Program-made: the position numbers and the translations under genes
Source: the human T2T-CHM13v2.0 reference genome, Homo sapiens
Direction: 5' to 3' (one strand)
NCBI RefSeq assembly: GCF_009914755.1
Contig: NC_060926.1
DNA: 64,000 bases
Part shown: piece by piece, positions 27,321 through 44,086 of the stretch
How positions within the stretch are numbered: position 1 is the stretch's first letter
Layout: each line of letters starts with the position of its first letter
Notes under the pieces: model-generated
What the model was told of the DNA's origin: nothing
The model's input: the letters and a program-made list of their open reading frames with translations, nothing else
Database searches by the model: none

Positions 27321-27964
27321 CTAGAGACTACAAGGGCAAGTAATTGATAAGTTGTTGCTAACAACCCAGCACATTCCTGGGAGCTCATTTAGCTGCTAAA
27401 GTCATTATTGCATTTGCTGTAGAATATTAGAGTTGAAAATACTATTAGAGTTGTTAAGGATTCTGCAATTGTATACATCATTTATTGATTAATGGACCAT
27501 TCACTAATGCTTATGGAGTGTTCTGAAAAATCCAGAGCTACTTGATTTATGTATTTCTGCTAATACCATTTCTTGAAAATTAGTGTTGTTTTCTACCTTA
27601 TTTATAATGCTTTCATACTAATTTGTCTGTGTATATTTTTAAATTCTTCTCTGCACATATTAAACCTTTATCATTCTTCCCTCCTCTTCTCTACTGTATT
27701 TTCACAGCAAAACTTATGAACAGAGGGTTTAAGGTTAAATATGTCTGTTTTATGGTATAGAAAAAGAGTTAATCAGTTGTGTCTAAGATAATAAAGGAAA
27801 ACTATTGTCTGAAGTCATTTAGAATAGATCAATGATTGGTGAAGTGATTCAATCAAAAATATACTTTTTAGTTGACAATATTGCAGGAAACTACTAACTT
27901 GAAAAGACTAGGATAGTTAGCCTTTAGATGGTTAGGATTTCAAAGGCGGGTTGTTGAGAGGTAC

Positions 27965-28046
27965 CTTATAATCTTTCTTTGATGTTGATGCAACTTCCCT
28001 CTTTTCCCCTTCTTTCTCTCCTCAAGTATTGTAGGACATGTATTTA
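27965..28046 (-). pseudogene. Candidate exon remnant with mutated acceptor
   Basis: Polypyrimidine tract ends in aacaa instead of aacag; donor AAG|GTACCT; open frame NTCPTILEERKKGKRGKLHQHQRKII. Confidence 0.35.
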
Positions 28047-28175
28047 TTGTTTAAATGAAAAAAATGATAAAAATAATTATTGAGTATTTTACTCTGAATA
28101 AAGTGGATGACACTCTTGGTGACAAAGTCACAATTTAGGAGCCTTTTCAAGCAGGAAATAATTTTATTTTATTAC

Positions 28176-28286
28176 CATTCATCAATATATACTGAAAATG
28201 TATCAAAGCACAAAATCTTGGGGACTCAATTCCATGTACTGATAAAGCCTAGTTGTACCAAATAATTTGTACCAGAATTTCTTCAT
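28176..28286 (-). pseudogene. Candidate exon remnant
   Basis: Acceptor tttatgcttcctactcttaaag, donor ATG|GTAATA; EEILVQIIWYN*ALSVHGIESPRFCALIHFQYILMN. Confidence 0.5.
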
Positions 28287-28974
28287 CTTTAAGAGTAGGA
28301 AGCATAAAAAAGGAAATGAAATGGAATTCTGACTTTGGTTCATATTTGTTTAAAAAACAATTGAAATGTAGCAGGTATGTATAAGTTAACATTGTTGGAG
28401 AGGAAAATGTGGCCTTTTTGAGATCAACAACAAATAGATTTTTCACATTTAGCCTATGAAACCTAAAGATAAGAAAAGGCAGGAAAAACACTGATTAGAC
28501 TGAGAAGGGTTCAACTTCTGTCTGGTCAAAGTTTGCAGGCCAAGTTCTAAAAGAGAGTGAAATAGGGAGGAAATAGTTCAGTCAAAAATAAGAAACAAAA
28601 ACACAGACAAATACAGGAACAATATTTTCAGAAACATTGACCAACAGAGTTGTGAATTCAAACTTACTAAATGAAAGTGTGAAGTATTTGGCATTATCTT
28701 ATTTCTCTTACTTGTCTTATTTCCCTTATTTTCATTGATATGAATGTGGGAATGAGAAACCAAGGAACAACAGAAGAGAAATATGAAATGAATGAGGAAT
28801 AGATAAAACAAAAAATTAAAACATTTATTTTCTCATTTCTTTATCTCCTATGCTTTATTTACAGATTTTAGTATTTCCTTCCAAGACTACATATGCTTCA
28901 TATATATAATTCAATAGATATCCTTTTTTTACTTTGTTATATTGATGAAGAGACTTATTTAGAAGATTTAAGAT

Positions 28975-29175
28975 TAGAGTTGCTAGATCAAATCCTGCCA
29001 TGCAGGACAACCAGTTAAATTTGAATTTCAGGTAAGCAATGAATACTTTTTTTAGCATAAATATGTCCCATATATTGCATGGGACACAGTTAAACTAAAA
29101 ATTATTCATTGTTTACCTGAAATTCAAATTTAACTGTCTGTCTTGTATTTTTATTTGCTAAATCTGGTAGCCCTA
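28975..29175. mobile_element. MER53 palindromic hAT MITE
   Basis: tagagttgctaga...cagttaaatttgaatttcaggtaa / ttacctgaaattcaaatttaactg...tctggtagcccta long inverted arms. Confidence 0.92.
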
Positions 29176-29249
29176 CTAGGAAAGAACCACTAGTCTTAAG
29201 AGAGGTGGATCTCCTTGGGCTCTTTTGGTTTATCAATATCTCCTACTTA

Positions 29250-29490
29250 AATTTTTTTAATAGATAAAAGTATACTTATCATGAGTGTATAGTTCATTGA
29301 ACTTTCACAAATTGAACACACCCATGTAACCAGCACCCAGGTCAAAACCCAAAATGTTATCCACCCTCTAGAAGCCTCCCTTGTACCCTCTTCCAGCAAC
29401 ATGGTTTCCCAGAGCTTGACCTTTCCACTAAGGGTAATCATTATCCTGACTTCTAAAAGTATAAACTAGTTTTGCTTATTTCACAACTAT
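29250..29490 (-). mobile_element. L1ME-type 3' end fragment
   Basis: aattgaacacacccatgtaaccagcacccaggtcaa...ggtaatcattatcctgacttctaa. Confidence 0.75.
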
Positions 29491-30789
29491 TTTTATCTAG
29501 TGTCAGTGGCCTCATCCTTGTATTCTAAAAGAATATCCACTCACTTGATAGAAACAAAGACCCCCTGGCACCAGGTTAACTGACCATTTGATTTGGAGAT
29601 GGTTGAGGTTGGGGGACAGCTCTTCCATCTCCATGTATTAAGGGAATTCTCTAGGAAGTGGTATTTATCTAGAACCCCACAGTGGGTAGCAGGTGGGTAG
29701 AACCTTCCGGTGGACCTAAGAGATAATAAAGGCAGAAATCTAGAAGTTGTGGGTCTTCCAGAATGTGGTCAGGTTATAAATTTTGGCTAGGAGGGGCTGA
29801 GAACCAAGCAGGTGGTTTGGTTGATGACACCTGAGAGACTGTAAGAACTAGGCATTTGACACACTCCCGCATGCACATCTTCATGGAAGTGATCCGATCC
29901 GTTGCTAATACCCCAGCAAGGTTTCTTCTTGGCAGTGTTGGTCTGCAATGGCACAGCTTTGTTGTATAAAGTTGTTCCATGAAGCCATGAAATTTTTCTG
30001 TCATTCCCTCAGTTTGTAGACAGATAACTACGCCCATTCTACAAGAATGCATCATTATCATTACCATAACTAAGGACAGAAACCAGAAGGGGTCCCTTCC
30101 CCTTCTCTCCAGTAGTATTGAGGGGGAAGACCACAGGAATAGAGCTCCAAGAGAAGGCAGAGCAGGACCTTCATCTCCACCAGCCTGGAAAATGAGGCTC
30201 CAGGGACCCACTACAGTTCACTGAGTACACACCAATGCTTCCTTGGAGCAGAGCCCACGTGGCTGAGACACCCATGGTAGCAATTGGGTAATTGGGTAAA
30301 GAGTCAGAGTATATGACCTGGGTGGTTAAGAATCCTTTTCTGACCAGAATCTTAGGTTAGGAATCCAGGTGATTCAGTTTGGCAAGGACCACCAAATATT
30401 TAACTGGCTGATGCCAGAAAGTCTGAATGGTTTCTCAGTAGCAGCCTTCCAGGCAAAAGTGAGATATCAAAATATTTGCCTCTCCACCAAGCTCAAAACA
30501 AAGAAGGTAAAACATAGTTCTTCCATCCCCATCACTGCATTCCTCCCCTACCTGGTACATAGTCTGTCCTGTTACAGAAGAGGGTATTTGTTGCAGTATT
30601 ATTTATAATACCAAAAAAGCAGAACACTCTATTCAAGAATGGGACTTTGACTAAATAAATTACGCCACAACCAAACAATGTAATCCTATTCAGTCTTAAA
30701 ATGATGTTGTAGAAGAAAATGTAGTAGTAGTTATAGTAGCTGTAGTAGTAGTAGTATAGTAGTTGTAGTAGTGTGGGCCCCATAAAGCC

Positions 30790-31005
30790 CACACTACCTG
30801 CCAGCATTGTTCTAAGTACTTGGCAAATGTTGACTCACTTAAATATTTACAACATTTTGTGAAGTAGGAGCCATTATTATCCCCATTTTACAGATGAGGA
30901 ATTTGCAGAAATTATTTCAGTTAAAGGACACGCCCAAGGGTCACACGGTAAGTGATGAGCCAAGATTCAAATTCAGATAGATCCAGAGTCCACTCTATGA
31001 ACTGT
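30790..31005 (-). mobile_element. MIR, preceded by degenerate (GTA)n at 30720-30771
   Basis: attattatccccattttacagatgagga core. Confidence 0.85.
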
Positions 31006-31260
31006 TGCATAATGACAAATGAAATGTTAATCATTTATAATTATAGGAAAAAGCAGGCTAAAAAACAGTTTGAAAAGTGTGATTCCAATTCCGTATCAAG
31101 CACTAAAAAATCGTATGATCATACACACAAAGAAAATTTGTTGTGTTGCCTGCCATGGTGTTAATAGTATTACCTCTGATAAGTTGCATTTAAGTGATTC
31201 TTATTTCCTTTTTAATAATTTTCTATAATGTCTATATTTTCTATAATAAATCTTTATGAT

Positions 31261-31554
31261 TTCTTCTTTTGAAACAGAGTCTCACTCTGTCACCCAGGCT
31301 GGAGTGCAGTGGCGTGATCTTGGCTCACTGCACCCTAGACTTCCTGGGCTGAGGTGATTCTCCCACCTCAGCCTCTGGAGTAGCTGGGACTACAGGGGTG
31401 TACCACCATGCCAGGCTAATTTTTGTATTTCTTGTAGAGATGGGGTTTTGCCATGTTGCCCAGGCTGGTCTTGAACTCCTGAGTTCAAAAGTGATCCTCC
31501 TACCTTGGCCTCCCAAAGTGCTGGGACTACAGGTATGAGTCACCATGCCCAGCC
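31261..31554 (-). mobile_element. AluJb-like
   Basis: cctagacttcctgggctgagg, ccatgttgcccaggctgg. Confidence 0.93.
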
Positions 31555-31560
31555 TATGAC

Positions 31561-31827
<267 letters not shown>

Positions 31828-33342
31828 CGACTTTTTTAATGAGGAAAAAATTCTAAGACAAAATGATTTCTTGAGGTGAAATCAGCTCAACAATTGTGAC
31901 CTTTATGCAAGGTCTTCTGGTATGAAGACATGGAGAGAAGTCACATCCTATGGAAAGCTTTCAAAGGACATTCCCAGATCACATCATGCCAACTGATTTG
32001 CCTCAGAGGAAAATGAACTTCAAACTCATTAATGCGTAAACTCAGTGCCTGGGAGGCAAGCTATGTTGAGCACCAAGCAGATGTTAGAATGTTGAAGCTG
32101 GCAGGGACCTGGAGCCTCTAGAATCTAATCCCTCTGTTGGCACAGACTGAGGCTGGAGGGGATGCCTATGGAAAGTCAAGTCAGGTAACAGGGAGGCACT
32201 TACAGAAAATGGCATTTGCCCTAGGAAGCAGAAGTAAGCAGGAAATTTCACAAGTCATTTAAAATTTAGTCACAGAATTTCCTGGCTAGCAAGAGAACAC
32301 CTGAGATGACTTTTATCTTCTCGTGGCCACAGAAGTTTACTCAGAAAAAGAGGGAGGGGGGAATAAAGCTTTGTGAATGTATTGCAGTAAAGATTTATGC
32401 TTGGGAGAGTTCAAAATTAGCTGTGATGGAGAAGAATCCTGTTGCAGACAATGACATGGACATGTAGCCATCTTTTCCCAGACTACACCCTCTGACAGGA
32501 TGCAGTTATACTCAGTATCTCCCTGGAAAATGACCCAGAGTTCCTGGACTTCCAGCCCAGTCTGGATTTCCTGAGGGAAGCTATTACTTAGTCAGGCCCC
32601 ACCCTTCCAAGACATCACAGTGACTCATCTGAGCAAACTGGAGAGGGCTGGCAATCTCCAAGCAACATGGTTTCCCAGAGCTTGACCCTTCCAACAGCTA
32701 CTCCCACAAACAGGGCCAATTAGCGAGTCCTGCTGATGAAGGAACACTCTCAGCAGCTCCCCTTCCCAGCTGGTTAGCAGCCACTGTCTTTCACCCATCC
32801 ATGGTTGTAGGTCTCTCTCTGGCTCACTGATAATGTACTACCTCTAGAGGGCAGTTCAAAGCAGGATTCTCACTGAGTTCTGTAATGGTAGTACTTCACA
32901 GATTGTAATGAAATTATTCAAAATGTCCTTGTGAAAGAAACCCATGTTCTTTCATATAATGTCACAATTTTAGCTGTCCACTCAAGCAATTTGCAGGACC
33001 GAATCTGGATGCAAGCATTTAACTAAAAAGAACTATGTGATAACAGATGCTAGACTTACAAAGAAGGAACTGAGAGGATTCAGAGGGACGGTTGTTCCCA
33101 CTAAGGTGGTGTATAAAGCAGTTTTTGAGGCGCTGGCCTTTGAGCTGGGCCTTATTAAAGATGAGCTGATTTTGACAGGGAGATATGTTAAGGGAGGCAG
33201 AGGAAGAGGGATACCCAGACAGAGGGAGAAGTCTAAAAAAAAGTTTGGAGCTATAAAAGAATGAGTCATGGCATAACAAAGCGAGAAGTCTCGTTTTCTA
33301 ACATAGAGGTATCCCATAGCCAGGGCAAACTGGGAAAAGAAA

Positions 33343-33450
33343 TATTGAATCTAAGACACCATGATTGCCATCGATTGTAACATGCACTCTGATTTCAGAG
33401 GTGTTTCAAAGGTCTTTTAAAAAAATGTGTCTTAGAATTGACAAAACACA
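33343..33450. mobile_element. MER104-like TcMar MITE within L2 fragments (about 33100-33560)
   Basis: gaatctaagacacc...gccatcgattgtaacatgcactctgatttcagag...gtcttagaattgacaaaacac. Confidence 0.65.
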
Positions 33451-33608
33451 GTTAACTGGGATAGTATTATACAAGGTCTCAAAAACCAGCTAAGAGGGTA
33501 GATGGTGAGAAATGAGGAGCTTCTGAAGGCTTTTGAGCAGGGGTGTGAGGTTATGTTTTATGAAGATTGCTCATTGCTGTGGGTAAGGCCAAGGTAGAAT
33601 ATGCTTTG

Positions 33609-33929
33609 GGCTGGGCCTGGTGGCTCACGCTTGTAATCCTAGCATGGTGAGAGGCTGAGGCAGATGGATGTGTTGAGCCCAGGAGTTTGACACCCGCCTG
33701 GGCAACCTGACCAAACCTCATACAAAAAATGCAAAAATTAGCCAGGCATGGTGGTGCACACCTGTAGTCCCAGCTACTTGAGAGGCTGAAGTGGGAGGAT
33801 CACCTGAGCCTGGGGAGGTCAAGGCTGCAGTGAGCCACGATCGTGCCACTGTACTGCAGCCTGGGTGACAGAGTGAGACCCTGTCTCAAAAAAAAAAAAA
33901 AAAAAAAAAAAAAAGAAAAAAAGAAAAAA
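33609..33929 (+). mobile_element. AluJb-like
   Basis: ggaggatcacctgagcctggggaggtcaaggctgcagtgagc; long A tail. Confidence 0.93.
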
Positions 33930-34250
33930 ATGCTGTGCTAGAGCTACTTAATTAGTACAGGCTCCAGGGAACTAGAGAAGTGGTAGTGGGAATGGAAAAG
34001 GTCAGATACAAGACTTTTCCAAGGAAAAATCAAGTGAGTCAACTGCACAGACATGGTGAGTGAGAGAGGAGTCAAAAATCAATTACAGATGGATAACGAA
34101 GACAAATGTGGTATGCCTGTCATTGTAATTTATGTTCCCTACTCATTATGCTTTCGTGCTGAACATTTTTTCCTTTACTGATTTTTTTCTAAATGGTAAA
34201 ATTTTGTTATTCTTTTTCTCTCGCATACAGTGTTTAAAAGTTTTGATACC

Positions 34251-36040
<1,790 letters not shown>

Positions 36041-37084
36041 TTTAAAAAAGTTTTAATTAACATCTTTACAGTGCTAATGGTTGCCCTGACATATTTAAGC
36101 CTACATTTTTACATCAACATCAAAAATTAATAGCTACCCATTCTTTTTTTTTTTTGGTGTAGGGGGCGGAGTCTCATTCTGTCTCCCAGGGAGGAGTGCA
36201 TTGGCGCGATTTCGGCTCACTGCAAGCTACGCCTCCGGGGTTCACACCATTCTCCTGCCTCAGCCTTCCGAGTAGCTGGACTGCAGGCGCCCACCACCAC
36301 ATCCAGCTAATTTTTTTTTTTTTTTACTTTTTTTTTTTAATTATACTTTAAGTTTTAGGGTACATGTGCACAACGTGCAGGTTTGTTACATATGTATACA
36401 TGTGACATGTTGGTGTGCTGCACCGATTAACTCGTCATTTAGCATTGGGTATATCTCCTAAAGCTATCCCTCCCCTCTCCCCCCACCCCACAACAGTCCC
36501 CAATGTGTGATGTTCCCTTTCCTGTGTCCATGTGTTCTCATTGTTCAATTCCCACCTATGAGTGAGAACATGTGGTGTTTGGTTTTTTGTCCTTGCAATA
36601 GTTTGCTGAGAATGATGGTTTCAAGCTTCATCCATGTCCCTACAAAGGACATGAACTCATCATTTTTTATGGCTGCATAGTATTCCATGGTGTATATGTG
36701 CCACATTTTCTTAATCCAGTCTATCATTGTTGGACATTTGGGTTGGTTCCAAGTCTTTGCTATTGTGAATAGTGCTGCAATAAACATACGTGTGCATGTG
36801 TCTTTATAGCAGCATGATTTATAATCCTTTGGTTATATACCCAGTAATGGGATGGCTGGGTCAAAGGGTATTTCTAATTCTAGATCCCTGAGGAATCGCC
36901 ACACCAACTTCCACAATGGTTGAACTAGTTTACAGTCCCATCAACAGTGTAAAAGTGTTCCTATTTCTCCACATCCTCTCCAGCACCTGTTGTTTCCTGA
37001 CTTTTTAATGATCGCCATTCTAAGTGGTGTGAGATGGTATCTCATTGTGGTTTTGATTTGCATTTCTCTGATGGCCAGTGATCA

Positions 37085-38605
<1,521 letters not shown>

Positions 38606-38608
38606 TTA

Positions 38609-39001
<393 letters not shown>

Positions 39002-40209
39002 TCAATTTTAGATCTTTCCTGCTTTCTCTTGTGGGCATTTAGTGCTATAAATTTCCCTCCTCACACTGCTTTGAATGTGTCCCAGAGATTCTGGTATGTT
39101 GTGTGTCTGTTCTCATTGGTTTCAAAGAACATCTTTATTTCTGTCTTCATTTCGTTATGTACCAAGTAGTCATTCAGGAGCAGGTTGTTCAGTTTCCATG
39201 TAGTTGAGCAGTTTTGAGTGAGTTTCTTAATCCTGAGTTCTAGTTTGATTGCATGTGGTCTGAGAGACAGTTTTTTATAATTTCTGTTCTTTTATATTTG
39301 CTGAGGAGTGCTTTACTTCCAACTATGTGGTCAATTTTGGAATAAGTGTGATGTGATGCTGAGAAGAATGTGTATTCTGTTGATCTGGGGTGGAGAGTTC
39401 TGTAGATGTCTATTAGGTCTGCTTGGTGCAGAGCTGAGTTCAATTCCTGGATATCCTTGTTAACTTTCTGTCTTGTTGATCTGTCTAATGTTGACAGTGG
39501 GGTGTTAAAGTCTCCCATTATTATTGTGTGGGAGTCTAAGTCTCTTTGTAGGTCACTAAGGACTTGCTTTATGAATCTGGGTGCCCCTGTATTGGGTGCA
39601 TATATATTTAGAATAGTTAGTTCTTCTTGTTGAATTGATCCCTTTACCATTATGTAATGGCCTTCTTTGTCTCTTTTGATCTTTGTTGGTTTAAAGTCTG
39701 TTTTATCCAAGACTAGGATTGCAACCCCTGCATTTTTTTGTTTTCCATTTGCTTGGTAGATCTTCCTCCATCCCTTTATTTTGAGCCTACGTGTGTCTCT
39801 GCACGTGAGATGGGTTTCCTGAATACAGCACACTGATGGGTCTTGACTCTATCCAATTTGCCAGTCTGTGCCTTTTAATTGGAGCATTTAGCCCATTTAC
39901 ATTTAAGGTTAGTATTGTTATGTGTGAATTTGATCCTGTCATTATGATGTTAGCTGGTTATTTTGCTCATTAGTTGATGCAGTTTCTTCCTAGTCTTGAT
40001 GGTCTTTACAATTTGGCATGATTTTGCAGTGGCTGATACCGGTTGTTCCTTTCTATGTTTAGTGCTTCCTTCAGGAGCTCTTTTAGGGCAGGCCTGGTGG
40101 TGACAGAATCTCTCAGCATTTGCTTGTCTGTAAAGTATTTTATTTCTCCTTCACTTATGAAGCTTAGTTTGGCTGGATATGAAATTCTGGGTTGAAAATT
40201 CTTTTCTTT

Positions 40210-40521
<312 letters not shown>

Positions 40522-41481
40522 TTGAAAATTCTTTTCTTTAAGAATGTTGAATATTGGCCCCCCACTCTCTTCTGGCTTGTAGAGTTTCTGCCGAGAGATC
40601 AGTTGTTAGTCTGATGGGCTTCCCTTTGTGGGTAACCCAACCTTTCTTTCTGGCTGCCTTTAACTTTTTTTCCTTCATTTCAACTTTGGTGAATCTGACA
40701 ATTATGTGTCTTGGAGTTGCTCTTCTTGAAGAGTAACTTTGTGGCGTTCTCTGTATTTCCTGAATTTGAATGTTGGCCTGCCTTGCTAGATTGGGGAAGT
40801 TCTCCTGGATAATATCCTGCAGAGTGTTTTCCAACTTGGTTCCATTCTCCCCGTTACTTTCAGGTACACCAATCAGATGTAGATTTGGTCTTTTCACATA
40901 GTCCCATATTTCTTGGAGGCTTTGTTCATTTCTTTTTATTCTTTTTTCTCTAAAGTTCTCTTCACGCTTCATTTCATTCATTTTATCTTCCACCGCTGAT
41001 ACCCTTTCTTCCAGTTGATCGCATCGGTTACTGAGGCTTGTGCATTCGTCACGTAGATCTCGTGCCATGGTTTTCAGCTCCATCAGGTCCCTTAAGTACT
41101 TCTCTGCATTGGTTATTCTAGTTATCCATTCATCTAATTTTTTTCCAAAGTTTTTAACTTCTTTGCCATTGGTTCGAACTTCCTCCTTTAGCTCAGAATA
41201 GTTTGATCTTCTGAAGCCTTCTTCTCTCAACTCATCAAAGTCATTCTTCGTCCAGCTTTGTTCCGTTGCTGGTGAGGAGCTGCGTTCCTTTGGAGGAGGA
41301 GAGGCACTCTGATTTTTAGAGTTTCCGGTTTTTCTGCTCTGTTTTTTCCCCATCTTTGTGGTTTTATCTACCTTTGGTCTTTGATGATGGTGATGTACAG
41401 ATGGGTTTTTGGTGTGGATGTGCTTTCTGTTTGTTAGTTTTCCTTCTAACAGTCAGGACCCTCAGCTGCAGGTCTGTTGGA

Positions 41482-41610
41482 GTTTGCTGGAGGTCCACTC
41501 CAGACCCTGTTTGCCTGGGTATCAGCAGCGGTGGCTGCAGAACAATGGATATTGGTGAACTGCAGATGCTGCTGCTTGATCGTTCCTCTGGAAGTTTTGT
41601 CTCAGAGGAG
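41482..41610 (-). promoter_or_regulatory. 129-bp L1 5' UTR segment bearing the ZNF93 binding site
   Basis: Exactly 129 nt between gtctgttgga and taccc, a segment absent from L1PA2 and L1HS. Confidence 0.75.
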
Positions 41611-41928
41611 TACCCAGCTGTATGAGGTGTCAGTCCACCCCTACTGGGGGGTGCCTCCCAGTTAGGCTACTTGGGGGTCAGGGAACCACTTGAGGAGGCA
41701 GTCTGTCCATTCTCAGATCTCAAGCTGTGTGCTGGGAGAACCACTACTCTCTTCAAAGCTGTCAGACAGGGACATTTAAGTCTGCAGAGGTTATTGCTGT
41801 CTTTTGTTTGTCTGTGCCCTGCCCCCAGAGGTGGAGCCTACAGAGGCAGGCAGGCCTCCTTGAGTTGTGGTGGGCTCCACACAGTTTGAGCTTCCCGGCC
41901 GCTTTGTTTACCTACTCAATCCTGGGCA

Positions 41929-42399
41929 ATGGCGGGCCCCCCTCCCCCAGCCTCGCTGCTGCCTTGCAGTTTGATCTCAGACTGCTGTGCTAGCAATGAG
42001 CAAGGCTCCGTGGGCATAGGACCTTCCGAGCCAGGTGTGGGATATAATCTCCTGATGTGCCGTTTGTTAAGCCCGTTGGGAAAGCACAGTATTAGGGTGG
42101 GAGTGACCCGATTTTCCAGGTGCCGTCTGTCACCCCTTTCTTTGACTAGGAAAGGGAATTCCCTCACCCCTTGCGCTTCCCGGGTGAGGCGATGCCTCGC
42201 CCTGCTTTGGGTCATGCACGGTGCACTGCACCCACTGTCCTGCACCCACTGTCCGGCACTCCCCAGTGAGATGAACCCGGTACCTCAGTTGGAAATGCAG
42301 AAATCAGCTGTCCCAGCTCACGCTGGGAGCTCTAGATCGGAGCTGTTCCCATTTGGCCATCTTGGCTCCACCCTCCTGGCTAATTTTTTGTATTTTTAG
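41929..42399 (+). CDS. L1 antisense ORF0-like frame, C-terminally extended
   Basis: ATG in gcaATGg context; MAGPPPPASLLPCSLISDCCASNEQGSVGIGPSEPGVGY...IRVGVTRFSRC resembles primate L1 ORF0; translation not shown. Confidence 0.6.
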   Translation: MAGPPPPASLLPCSLISDCCASNEQGSVGIGPSEPGVGYNLLMCRLLSPLGKHSIRVGVTRFSRCRLSPLSLTRKGNSLTPCASRVRRCLALLWVMHGALHPLSCTHCPALPSEMNPVPQLEMQKSAVPAHAGSSRSELFPFGHLGSTLLANFLYF

Positions 42400-42550
42400 T
42401 ACAGACAGGGTTTCATCGTGTTAGCCAGAATGGTCTGGATCTCCTGACCTCATGATCCGCCCACCTCAGCCTCCCAAAGTGCTGGGATTGCAGGCATGAG
42501 CCACCTCGCCTGGCCAATAGCTACCCATTCTTAAACAGAATGGGAAATTT

Positions 42551-42845
42551 GGCCGGGCACTCACGCCTGTAATCCCAGTACTTTGGGAGGCCGAGGGGGG
42601 TGGATCATTTGAGGTCAGGAGTTCAAGACCAGCCTGGCCAACATGGTGAAACCCTGTCTCTACAAAAAAAAAAAAAAAAAAAAAAAAAATGACCCGGGCT
42701 TGGTGATGTATGCCTGTAATCCCAGATACTAGGTAGGCTGAGGCCAGAGAATCACTTGAACCCTGGAGGTGGAGGTTGCAGTGAGCCAAGATCTTGCCCC
42801 TGCACTCTAGCCTGGGTAACAGACCGAAACTCCGTCCTGAAAAAA
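42551..42845 (+). mobile_element. AluS with expanded middle A tract
   Basis: Full dimer; TSD agaatgg(g/a)aaattt. Confidence 0.93.
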
Positions 42846-42887
42846 AGAATGGAAAATTTAGCTGCTTTTTCCCTCCTCCATTCTTAC

Positions 42888-42997
42888 CCTCAGTCCCATC
42901 CCCTTCAGGCTTTGGTGCTATTATCATATTTGACATTTTATTTGGGGGCTAGATTCATGCACATTTCATATCTAGTCATGGGTGGTATTGGATTACG
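42888..42997 (-). pseudogene. Candidate exon remnant
   Basis: Acceptor atatttttcatag, donor AGG|GTAAGA; 110 nt; frame unclear. Confidence 0.4.
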
Positions 42998-43584
42998 CTA
43001 TGAAAAATATTCCCAATAAATAGAATCAATTTCAAGCCACCAGAAATACATTAAACTTATGGAAACTTCCACCCCAAGGCCTGCTATGAATTTAAGTCTA
43101 TGGTCTATGTGGTGCTAATTCCTAATAATTCCTAACTGCCTCTAAATTGTTTCAATTCTTAACATTGCTATATTTTCTTATTTCCTTAAGTTTTATTTTA
43201 ACTTTTATTGTCCTGAAAGTTCTCATGATTTAATTAGCATATTTTCCATTCCTACCTTGGGATGTATGCTTCTAGAATAATGTATGCAGTTTTAGTTGCT
43301 GAAACTTAAGGAAATTATTGAAGATATTCAGGAGCAGAGAGTTACAATAAAATGTTTGACGAAGGGCTACTGCTGAGTAGGGAACAACAAAAATGATTAG
43401 AGCTTTTGGGTTTGTGAAAGCAATGATTCAGAGGGCACATGGTTAAAGCTTTTAAAATCAAGGGGTAAAAATGAGGTGAATCTAATTGTAGTATCCTTAC
43501 ACTAACACTAGAAGATTTCTTGCAACTTTTAAGAAATAAATTGAGAAAAAAAAGCTTGAGTTTCACAATAGGAAATTTCATTAG

Positions 43585-44086
43585 GTAACTTCTTTTGCCC
43601 CTCCGGATCTACTTTTTGTCCTTTTCTACCCTGCTCTGGTCCTAGGAGGCTGCTCTACACTGACCACATCAACAAGCACCTTTGCCTTCTGGCTTAGTGA
43701 TGGGCTTGGTGAGTGGGGTGGCGATGAGCAGCACTGTGGCAGGAAAGTGGAAAATGGAGGAAAGTAAGATCGGGGTATTTATTCCCCAGCTTCCTCCCCA
43801 CCAGGGTGCCCAAGGTTGGCTGAGTTTGTCTACTGAAAGCTAGCACTTGTGACACACAGTTCTCTCCATACGCTTTGTGAGTTCTGGTAAACATATCTTC
43901 TCCTTTCCATTTCAGAATTATGAGCAGTAATAGCCCCTCATTGTTGCAAATTCCAGATACTATATGCTATTGCTGATTTCTGCAAACCCTGCTCGGGCCT
44001 TGTAAACAGTGCCTTGACTACTCTCAATTGCACACATAGAGTATGCCCTCTCTTTCCAGACCCATGCCGAACCCTGACTGATGTAC
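43585..44086 (+). mobile_element. ERVL LTR41-like LTR
   Basis: taccctgctctggtcctaggaggctg...ggggtatttattcccc...accctgactgatgta. Confidence 0.65.

Noticed and set aside
25608-28286. All stops in candidate exons are one C>T change from a sense codon
   Set aside because: True of any stop codon, so not counted as evidence.
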